DNA from: Callorhinchus milii
Lineage: Eukaryota
DNA: 64,000 nt
Assembly (NCBI RefSeq): GCF_018977255.1
Contig: NW_024704749.1
Span: 8,556,001 to 8,620,000, forward strand
Reading direction: 5' to 3'
Below are positions 1-10,900 of the stretch, piece after piece (position 1 is the first letter of the stretch; each line of letters opens with the position of its first letter). The position numbers and the translations under genes were made by a program. The notes below the pieces were generated by a model. The model saw only the letters and a list, made by a program, of their open reading frames with translations. It did not search any database and was not told the origin of the DNA.

Positions 1-835
1 TCTTAAGACGCAAGCACTCTGTATACTGGCAGTCAATATAGATTCCAAAATAAATAAAAAAAATAGTAACATGGCTACGTATTTTGGAAAGGCTGCGCGA
101 TTGGATCGAGCACTGCCCGACCCCTACACCGTGTGAAGGGCGGTTACATAAACGCAAGTTATTTTGCTGTTGATCTGCACCTTTTAAGCAGCATTTTATT
201 CTGGATTTTTTTTTCTCTCTCTCCCCCCCCCCCCCCCCCAAAACGACGGAAATGTGAAAAAAAACAGAAACCCCCCCAACCCCCAAAAAAACAAAAGCTC
301 CGCTGGTCAGAGGGGCCAAGTTTGAAGAGGAGAAATGTCGTGAAGAGAAGGCAATAAATCAAAATGAAAGAGAGACAGAGAGAGAGAGAGAGGAGGAGAG
401 AGAGAGAAGCCCAGTGGCTTTCAAACTGTCACTGACAGTCGCCATCCCTGTGCGGCGTCATCACTCCCCACACCCACACAAATTGAAGCGAGAATTACAA
501 GTTTTAATACTTTTTTTCGCCCCCCCCCCCCCACACACACACACAAATTAAAATGTTATTAAAAAACTATACAAGTTTTAAAAAAAATAGGGGAGGAGGA
601 GGAGGCATCGCTTCAAAATAAGTGGGGTTGAGGAGAAAAAGAGTTTTTAAAAAAAACTCCTCGAAAATACGATGGACGTCGCCCGCCACCCCCCCCCCCT
701 CTTTTTGTCCTCCTGAGAGAGAGAAAAAAAATAAAAAAAGATAACGTCGGACAACAATAAATAAACAAACAAATAAACAAAAAAAAAAGGGTGGCGTTTT
801 CTCCACAGCCGCCATCAAGAACGCAGTCAACTCAC

Positions 836-1103
836 CCCGCTCATGGCGAGCCGCTGCCGCCTCTTCCTCGGACACACGGCGGCCACGGGCCTCCCTTAAA
901 GACGAGCGATAGGCATCGTTAAAATCCCGCGGCGGAAAGGAAAGAAAGAGAGAGAGAGAGAAAGAAATAAAACATAACAACTCCCCTTTCCCCTCTCTCT
1001 CCCTCTCTCTCTCTCTCTCTCACACACACACGCTCACTCACTCGCTCGCTCGCTCGCGCTAGTGCCGGTTACTTGCCCCCGGCCGCCTCCGCCCGGCCGC
1101 CAT
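836..1103 (-). CDS. KMT5A: Probable first two coding exons of the divergent gene, likely histone H4K20 methyltransferase KMT5A/SETD8 (continues beyond the window start)
   Basis: Minus strand: aagATGgcg at 1103, exon 1103-1073 (donor GTAACC), exon 894-836 (acceptor tttaAG, donor GTGAGT). They join in frame (90 nt) as MAAGRRRPGARRPVAAVCPRKRRQRLAMSG. Identity rests on synteny (KMT5A is head-to-head with SBNO1 in human) and a similar basic N-terminus ending at phase 0. No SET domain lies in the window. Confidence 0.45.
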
Positions 1104-2450
1104 CTTTAAACCGTCGTTTGCTTTGAACGGCTGCCAGCAACCGTCACCCCCGGCCGCCAGGCTCGCGCAGGCGCGCAGCTCGACGGCGATGATAATAATA
1201 ATAACAACAACGACGACGACGGTAATAAACACCGGTTTATCTTTACCCATTTCGACGGCAAAATAACGTTACCGGTGCAACGGCCGGCAAAGCATTTACA
1301 AACGAACAGGGCCCTGACGTTTTTTTAAAAAAAAACCGCTATCCGTGAAAAGCAACAGAAGTCAAACGCTCGGTCCGAGTCCGACTGCTATTTTTTTAAG
1401 GGGGGGCTTCAACTATTAACGGGGAGGGAACCCGCACGCGTCATCTTAACTTGCACGGCGGGTGGGCGTTTGGGACGAGGGGCGAACTTTTAAAGTGCCG
1501 CTCCGCTTCCGATTGGTCGAGACACACGCTCGCGGCACGCGAGTCAACTGTTCGCGTCTCCGGTTGGTCCCCCGTCGCTGTCAATCACGGCAGCAAGGCA
1601 GGTTGACTGCCTCTTACCTTTTTTTTAAACGCGCGCGACAGAGGCATTTAAAAATCGGCAACTCGCTGCCGATTGGCCAGCGGTCGTGCGCGGGTTGAGG
1701 GGGGAAAGCGAGCGTGCGTGCGTTGGGGGGGGTGTGTGTGCGTACGTACGTACGTGCGTTGGGGGGGGTGGGCGTGTCCCGCGCAGCCTTGAAGGCGCGG
1801 GAGGGAGGTGTGTGTGTGTGTCTGCGCGGCGTTGGAGTCACGTGACTGGGTATTGTCACCGGTGATTTGAGGGAAAAGATACGTTTTTTTTCGCGAAAAA
1901 AAAGCACAGCGTCGATTCGACACAAAAATTATGAGGCATTCGTTAACTTGTCTAAAGGTTGGTGTCAGATCCGCGGCGTTGCGTCCGGTTTCCTTCTCGT
2001 TGTTTTCCTCCTCCTCCTCCTCCTCCTCACCGCCCGGGCCCGAAGCGGCCACTCCGACCCGACCCGGCGTCACGTGATCCAAGATGGTGGCGGCAGCAGC
2101 AACCTGACATGGCGGCCGCTGCTGGGTAAAGGCAGAGAGAGAGAGAGAGAGAGACGGACGGACGGACTGACTGACAGACAGACCCGCCCGCGGGCCCAGC
2201 ACACCACAGGCAGAAATCTTCCCGCTCGACTCGCTCCCTACACACCGCCCCTGGTCCCCACTTCCTCTCTCTGTCTGCGGCGCCTCCACCTCGCCTTATC
2301 CCCGGAGCAGTAAGTGGCCAAAAGCGCCTTTATTTTGGGGTTATTTCTTCCTGTTTTTTTTTATATTACGGCAGCCGATTGCTAGGGCTGCTGCTCGACA
2401 CCACAGGCCGGGGCCGGGGCCAGGGCTCCGCCGACAACAGCCGAGGTGAA
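1060..2450. promoter_or_regulatory. Bidirectional CpG-island promoter (KMT5A/SBNO1)
   Basis: CpG-dense. Motifs: NRF1-like GCGCAGGCGC 1165-1174; reverse CCAAT boxes (~1512, ~1672); TGATTGACAG (PBX/PKNOX) on minus 1578-1587; E-boxes GTCACGTGAC 1837-1846 and GTCACGTGAT 2069-2078; YY1-like (A/C)ATGGCGGC near both starts. Confidence 0.8.
1960..2125 (+). other. SBNO1: Probable non-coding first exon of SBNO1 (start approximate); a second donor at 2309 may mark an alternative first exon
   Basis: Donor TGG|GTAAAG at 2125/2126 and GCA|GTAAGT at 2309/2310 inside the CpG island. The first coding exon begins exactly at an acceptor (ctccag|ATG 4931), so an upstream exon is required. Confidence 0.5.
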
Positions 2451-4930
2451 GTTAAACGTTTTAATTTAGTCAGAGGAAGAAGCAGAGGTCGCAGATTAGC
2501 ATCTCCGTGGCCCTGGGCACTGCCCTTCTTTCCTTGTGTGTAGGTTTTGTGTGTGTTTTTTTTCTCTCTCTCTTTATTTACGCTGCTCCGTGTGATGTCT
2601 TAATCTGGGCGTTGGGTTAGGAGGAAACTTTGCGGCCGGTGGGTGTTTATTTCGTGGCTCCTTTTTTTATGTGGAAGGCAGGAAGGAGGGGAAGGGGGGG
2701 ACGCTGAGAGGAGGGGGGGGGTTTGTTTGTCTTCAGTTTCTCAAACTGTTCAGGTTGGGACCACGCTTTCCTTTCTCTTTTCGTCGTCCCTCCCTCATCC
2801 TAACGACCATTACGCAGCCATAAAACAACCCGGAAGTTTGTTCTGGTTTTGAACACGTGTTTGGAGGAAAAGGTTAAGCTTTCATCCTCTTTCAATGACC
2901 TTTTTCTTTCTCCTCCCTGCCTACTCCTCTGTACACTCTCCCCTTCCACCTTCCGATCCACCCATCACGTTCTGGCCATACGAGCTTCCCTCTTTTTTTT
3001 TATTCTCGATCGCTCACTTCTCCCCTGCGGCGCGTTTAAATTGCTTTCTAACCGTCCTGAGAATTATTTGCTCTTATGAACTGCGAGGGTTCCAGAGCGG
3101 ACCCATAAACAATAAAGGGAAAAGAGAGGGGGAGAGAGAAGAAAAGTTATCCGGTCTTGTAGTCTGATGGTACGGCTCCGTTTGACGGGGGGACTCGAGG
3201 AAACTTGACCGGTTGTTTGTTTCATATCTGTGGAGAAGCAGAAGTAGTTAACTTTTATTGTGTGTCGCGTTGCTTTGTTTTATCGGAAGGAAGCCAAGTT
3301 GTGTGTGTGTGTGTGTGTGTAAAAAAAAAAGTGAGATTGTAATACCAACATCTAGAAAATGTGATCCATTAGGTCTGGTTTGGGCGATTTTACAGCGATT
3401 GGGCTAAACTTGATTTTTGCCAACGTGTGACATATTTTCTTCCACCTCCATCGAGGGGAAAACTAAGCGAGTTAGTGGGACACCTTTTTTGTTTAGGCAG
3501 TTGAACCAAAGCTGCTTGGGAAAGAGAGAGAGAGCGTTTAAAAGGTTTGCTACTTCAATGTAGTATTTAAAATCGTTCTTTTGTTGTACCGCATGTCTTT
3601 GAAGGGAAGCGATAGCTGCTGACTTGCTGGCACGTTGTCTGGTTGATGTTGGGCAGAGTCTCTATCCCGGTTTGAAGGGGTATCTAAACTCAATCGCGTT
3701 TCATTGTGACCTTGTGCTTCACACGTGGCAAAATATTTTCTTTCTGCATCGCGTTTCGCTTTGTGTGATTCCATCCATCGGCAAGAGGTGTTTTCTTCTT
3801 CGCATTGGCACCACTTTTTTTCGAGCAGCGTAGTAGTTTTTCATTTCAGCCAATTTAAAAGGTGGATGGAGCATGTTTGCGGATTGAAGTACTGTAGTTG
3901 TCCACGTCCTGCTAATGTAAAATGGGCATCATTGGATACACGGGATTCAAAAACAAATTGAATGCTTGGGATTGTGGTTAAAAGTGACTATATACCAGTC
4001 ATGTGGTTTCAATTAACATGTTTATTACTTTTTTTAAATGGGCTTCTCAACAGCTAATTCATGTATTTGATTCCTTTGTTGAACTTCAGAATAAGAGTTG
4101 ATTATATATTGTGTATGAAATTTTGCTGCAAGGTGCCTAGTGCAGGGATAGGAATGAGGCTGAAAAGAACGAGTATTTTAGGATTAGAAGTATGTTTTCC
4201 AGTTTTCTCTCCATTGAACAGCTAGTGACTTGTGGTTTCATTTAATGCTGGATGCTGGCTGTCCTCTGGTACAGTACTACTATCCCAGTGACTGTTTCGG
4301 TTACAAGCTGTTTGACAGAGGAAGTGATGGAATCAGCTGACTGATTCTAAGCTCAGTCTGAGTCTAAATGCTATGTTAACAAAACCTGTTACTTAGAGAC
4401 TTTCAGCGCTACAGTGACAACCCGACTCCAGCACCTCTTAATTGTATGCTTGGCGTTCTGTGGTTGGGTAAATTCCAGATTGCATGGGTTTTGTTACAAG
4501 CTTCTCTCAGTTTGTGTATCATTTTTAAAGCCCGGGAGCCAATTGCATCACTTGTGCTTGAGTTGAGTTGCCAGAATTGCAGGATTTGTTGTCCTGCTTT
4601 TCCCCTAACTTTTTTTTGGGGGGGGATCTGGGAAGTTGGCAATGACATGAATTGTATGTGTTGTGTATGAGAGGGAAAGAAAGGGAAGTTCCTATTAGTT
4701 GGGAATCTGAAACTTTATATGTGGGTTTTAAATCAGGATGTACGCTTGTGGTGTTATAGAAAATGTTGTTTAAATATTGTTCCTCATAGATGTTATTGCT
4801 TTAATGGTTTCACTTTTGCTTTTACTGACTACTGAGGCATGACCTTTTTGGGGGGAGGAACTGTGACTTTAGTGTTTAGAGTAGACTTTGTTCTCCAATG
4901 TAATGTTTCTCTCTCCCTTTCCATCTCCAG

Positions 4931-7900
4931 ATGACTGACCCAGGCCAAGATCTTCTCCTGGCTGCTCTGAGCGAGAGTGGCATTAGTCCCAATGACCTGT
5001 TTGACGCAGACCCACTTGACACAGGCATGGTGACGCCTCTGCCCACCAGTGGTGTCCAGCACGTAAGTACTGCTTCCTGTTCAGGGCCTTCCTTCACTGT
5101 TACTTCTATCAACATTTCAAATACAGAGTTTATTTTTTGGTACATTTCGCCGATGTGATTTGTGGTCGTTAGTTGAGAGTTCGCAGTGTCAGTTATGTTG
5201 CGTTCTTAGCATTGCTGCTGAGAGTGGCTGTCCAGAGGTGATTGCTGCTATGGGGTTATGCTGTACATTTCTGTCTAGCATGAAACGCGATTGGTGAAAT
5301 GTGTGCCTTTATAAATGATGTATGTGAATTTAGACTTTCCTTGGTTGCTCTAGCTATATTGCTTAATGTTGCCGAGCCAGATTTTCTCAAGCACTTGCTC
5401 CCCCCTCAATATCGTTAAATTGGTTATTGCTGCACCTGTCTCTTCCCTACCTGAATTTCCCCTAAGACTGCTCGTAATGAGCTCCTGATGGATTCCACAA
5501 GCCAAGGAATTACCCAGGGAGTGCCATTGCATGATGAAAGATTAAAAATCCCTGTCTCTTCTCTTACCTGCCCTCCTTTGTGTTACTGGGTGTTCTGAAG
5601 ATTGCAGCTTGCAAATTTTTACCCCGAAAAAATGTCTCTCGACAGCCCCCAACAGCAACTACGTTTGTGTTAAATCAACTGAATCAGCTGCCAAACCTCG
5701 GGACCACGCTGATCGTGACAAAACCCATCTCTCGACCCACAGTCACCGTAGCGAAGATTGTTCAGACCTGCTCCACCACGCTGGCATCAACGGCTGCTCC
5801 AACGGTGGTCACGGCGACAGTGAAGGACCAGATTCAGCTCAAGGACTTGCTCAAAAGCAACAGCTTGTCTGAACTGATGAAGATGAAACCGCCATCAAAT
5901 ATCGTTCAGCCCATTACCACAGCAGCCAGTAAGTCACTTCTCTCTCCATTGTTTTTAAAGTATGCTTCAAGTATCCTTAGGGATCTTCACACAAGGAAGA
6001 AAAGAGTAGTGAAAACCATCTCTCTACGTTAACTTGCTTAGTGGTCTGTGTGAGAAGTCTAGAAATGAGTGTCGATGGTACAGGAATGCAATTGACTCTC
6101 TGCAGTTTGTATATTGTGATGAGTACGTTTCAGAAAAATGTTCATGGTGAATTAAAGGTTGTACTTTGTCTTGTCGATTAGGACCAACAACTTGCATTTA
6201 TAGAGCTCTCACGCCTTGAGGGAGCTTTAACAGGGACGGGTATCGTGGGGTGGGGGGATGGCATGGTTGAAGATGTGGATTTTTAAGTGGCTTTTGAAGA
6301 CTGATTGAAATGTTGAGTCTGGAGGTGGCAGTTGCTGTGTGAGATAGGGACTGAGGTGGGTGATGTGCTGAAGATGCAGGATTTGGTTGGTCTTGGTTGG
6401 GGACTAGATGTGAGGCAGAAAGGGGAGCTGAGGATCAAAGTAAATGCCAAGATTCTGCGCTAATTTGAAATTTGCAAAGTACTATACAGTTTTGGAATGG
6501 AAATAGTGACATAAATGGACAGATTTGACAAATCACAGTGTAGGTAGTATTGCTAGTGTGCAGCCATTAATAAAGCGTTTGTAGGTTGAATCAAACTAAA
6601 GTAAACTGGAGGCAGTGTCCGTACAATTATATTTGATGTAAAAAAGCACGCAAGACTTTAGTTCCTGAAAGATTGTAGTGGTGTGGAATATATATCTGTT
6701 GTGCCCAAAGACTGTTAGTCCATTAAGCCCTTTGTTTGTTGACATTTCAGAGATTGTAAGTCGGAACTTCGTGGGTGGGTTACTGTTTAGTCCGCAGATT
6801 CAGGTTGAAATGTTCGATCTGCATTTTTATCTGTCTTCGTGCTTAAGTTTCAGAAAATGATTTGCTACTAAATTGCATGTGGACCTTACAACACTAGGTA
6901 TGAGAAACTTTTCATAATTAATTTTTTTACAGAAATTGTGCTACTCACTTCTAAGATGATGAATAAACCAGGTAAGGATAATGGTACCACCATGCCTTCT
7001 CAAAGGCATGACAGGTGCTCGTTTTTCATTCTTGTAAGGTGTGGAGGTGTCCGAGGTGATAGCAAACTGTGTAGATTTCTTTTGAATAGTCGCTGGATTC
7101 ATTGGGTAGCTTGCCCCACTCTGGTGGGCATTAAGAGAGCTAATTAAGGTTTTCTTCAGTTTATAACCTAAAAGCTAGAATTCTGCTTATCAATATTTTC
7201 ACTCTTTAGGGACTTGTTGATATTCTACTTTATTATATTGCACACACCCATAAAAGTATGCATGTTTAAGCTGCAGCATTGTGAGTCATATCACTTATGG
7301 GTTTCCTTTTGAAATTTCATATCTAGGATCGCTTGATATGAAATGGGTTGGGTGTGTTTGCACAGTGGATGAAACACTTTTCTGGCTGTGGAAAATTTTC
7401 TTTTGGATATTGACTGCTTTCAATTCCAGAACCAAAATGTTTCATGGTGTATCAGTAGAAAACTGTTGAAATTGTGTTAGGTAACATCTCCGGTAAATGA
7501 GATGTACCTGCTTGAACCTAGTTTAAACTGGGTGACTTGGGCTCCAAGTAGCTCAGTGGCTGCCTGCAGGAGATCAATGGAGTTGCTGTTTTTGTGTATA
7601 ATTGTGAATCAGACTTATTGAACAAGTGTAAAACTGTCAGATGATGTTTGGAACAACACAAACATTCGACTGATTCATTCATTTGAGATTGTGGGTTTTA
7701 AAATGTGTTGTTTAACTGGAATCCTGTCAGAATTCCTGCGATTTTACTCTGGAAGTAGGTTGTGGTGAAGTGGGGTTCCTGCTGGTAGTCATAATGTACT
7801 TCCCATTGCTGGAAACGAGGCTGCGGAGCTTTGAAAGGTGCTAGACAAATGTAATTTTGTGGTTGTTGTTATCCAAGCAATAACGCATGTAAATTGTCAT

Positions 7901-10900
7901 TTAGTTTTAAAATGATGGTTCAAGATCATTTGGAAACTGTTAGACTGCAAGGTGATTCTAATAATAATAATAATCCTTGCATTTGATATAGCGCTTTTCA
8001 CGTCTTCTAGACGTCCCAAAGCACTTCACAGAATATACTGTAAAGTGAATTGACTGTATATTTGTGGGTGAATGCGGCAGCCAATCGCGCACAGCAGTGT
8101 CCCACAAACAATCATGGATTGAAAATGACCAATTTATTATTGTTTTGTTCTTTTGGAGGGAATATTATGAGGTGTGTGGAGTAAGGAAACTTGCCCAGGG
8201 TTTCGCCCTGCCTGGAATTGAACTCAGGTCTCTCACTTGCGAAGCGAGGGCTTTAACCACTGAGCTACAGGACTCCACGTGACCTGCAGCTCAGTGAGAC
8301 TGCTGTATAAGGAAGCCTTGAATACATCCCTTTATAACATCTGTTGTCAAATATGTTAGTAACTACATAAATCGACTTTTTAATCTCTTCTTGCAGTTCT
8401 GACAGCCAGGCAGTATCTGATGTCACCACTGTCTGTAATGTTATGATATGCCACTCCCAGGTTACAAACTCCAAATAGTGAAACGCTTTTGTCTCGAAGG
8501 ATCGCCCACAAAAATGCACAGATCCCTGCCTAAGAGTAATGAGCACAGGTTAAAAGCAGCTAGTTAACCGAATATGATAGCTCTACCCCCAGTGCTCAGT
8601 GCAAGTGAGCACTCAATACCTCCAATAGTGCAATACCTTCTGGTGACCATTTGAATAGAATAGGGGATTCTTCATTGGATCTTTAAATTGAACACAAATG
8701 TATAATTCTGGTCACTTTATTCTCTTCCCCCAACCCCCAGCCCCCGGCGTGCACACAGAAGGTGACACTCACTGAATGTGGCCAGAAACCCGTGGAAAAG
8801 CAAATTTGTGAAGGTTGCCAAGTGGCCCAGCAATACAAATGTCTCCTTGTTTTATACCTTGGGTCTGTCTAAAGGTCCCCAGACAAACCATTTGTTCCTT
8901 GATAACTCTTAGGACTGTATTTGAAAATGTCAAGTTATGCACCTTGGCTTCACTGACTATCTTAGGACTGATGGGTTTTCAGATTTTTTTTTGAAGTCCA
9001 CTGTATCCTTAACATGTACTCTTAAACCCCCTGATTGGGTCCATTTACAATGGCCAAGTTTACGCATCATAGTTCCAATGCTGTTCCATTTGTCCACAGA
9101 TGACTTGAACAATGGTGTTAAGAAGGAGCCATTGAGCAAAGAAGTAACTCGGATATGGGTCAACGAGGACATTAAAATGAGAAGCTTTTCTCCTACTCCG
9201 GTAATGCTGTTTCCCCTGAAATCCTACTGTTTGGTTTAACTTCCATTTGCTAATGGTTTTGCCTCCCGTAGAAATTCAGCATGCATCACTGGGAGGGAAA
9301 GAGCTCATTTTCTGACCCCGCTAGTCTATTCAGTGGCTACCAATCTACTGCTTGGTTTGCCTATCAATAGGAAAAATGTTTTTTTCCTTTGGGAAATAAA
9401 TAGTGGAAGTGATCAAGTACAATCTTGATCTTTGTTTGAATTTAACTTTATGGTTTAATGTAGATCTGTTTATGTATTTTGTCATCTTATATAATTGCTG
9501 GTCTAAAAGAAAACCAATTTAAAGACTAACACTTTGAATAAATATTTGAGATGGAAAATAGTATAGAGGTCACAGATGTGATGACAGTCGGCCGTTGGCG
9601 AAAGGTTGGTTTAGTTGACTGTTGCAGTTGGATGTTGTCCAAGGCAACGTGGCTTTGAGACCAGCCGGCTCCATGTGGCCCAAGGTGACCTGTTGGAAAC
9701 CTGAATGAATTCTGCGTAAACCGGGTTCGCACAGTTGGCTGATTGTGCTCCACACTGTTCACAGAAAGTCCCTCCCAAAGAGGAAGAGGAGCCTGAGGAA
9801 GAGGAGGATGAGGAGTTGGGCCATGCAGACACGTACGCTGAATATATGCCAATGAAATGCAAGTGTCTACAACTTTCCTTCTACCCGTCTTCCCTATTTC
9901 CTCTCCATTCCAGATCACTTGGTCGTATTCAGCTCAGTGGTTTGACCAGCATTTGCTATGTTGAGTGTGTGGATTGAGCGCTGTGAAGCGCTTTGAGACG
10001 TCTTGAAGACATGATAAGGCGCTATATCAAATGCAAGAATTATTATAGTGCTGCACTAGTGCTGCTGGATAGAACATAGAATATAACTTCAGCTATTAAC
10101 TATTTCAACATTAAATATTTGAAATCCCGCTAACTCTTTCCTAACACAATATGTTTAGGAATCCCACGATCTATCCCACGTTTCTGTTAGCTGGTTAACT
10201 GCAGTTTGCCTCACCACAAAATACCTGGGGTTATTACAATTACAATGCTTTTCCTTGTCCCTGACAGTGAAGGTTGGACTGCGCCACCCTGATCCAGTTG
10301 TGGAGACGAGCTCCTTGTCCAGCGTGACGCCCCCTGATGTGTGGTATCGCCTGACTGTGCAGGAGGAGATCATTGACAGTGGCTGGCTCTCAGCACTGCA
10401 GCTGGAAGCAATCACATATGCTGCTCAGGTATGCTACATTCTACTGTTTTTAAAAAGAATTATTTGAAGTTCATCTGCTTTGTGATTGAAGTGGGTATAA
10501 AGCGACTCCAGCAGTTACCCCAATTCACACCCTGGGCTCCACCTTGTCTCTTGTGAACGTGTGCCTAATACTTTCCGGAAGTAGATAGGCAGGGTTTGTC
10601 CCTCCAGGGAAAGTGTGCACATTGCATTCCAACAATCTATCTCCGGAATTTCCATGTGTAGGTTCCAGCATTTCCCCAGGCATGGAAATCTCAGCTTGGT
10701 TTGGATGATCTTAAGCATGGTGATCGAGTTTCTACATGTGTCAGATCCCTGCTGTCCAAAAAAAATAAAGGGACTCCTTCACCTTCTGAAGTGAAAGACG
10801 CTATATCAGTGGCAAGGATTATTTTCTTAAATTCAAGCCATTTTCTGAATCACAAGCCTGTTTTATTGTTGTTGATTGTTGTCTGTATTTGGATCCTAGC

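Noticed and set aside
5467-5589. 123-nt in-frame SBNO1 exon ([10 protein letters not shown]...)
   Set aside because: Good acceptor, but weak donor (GTGTTC), a 56-nt following intron and no similarity to SBNO1.
9578-9704. Possible intronic C/D snoRNA (GTGATGA...CTGA, 60 nt before the acceptor)
   Set aside because: No clear terminal stem, C'/D' pair or recognisable rRNA complementarity; the boxes are short enough to arise by chance.
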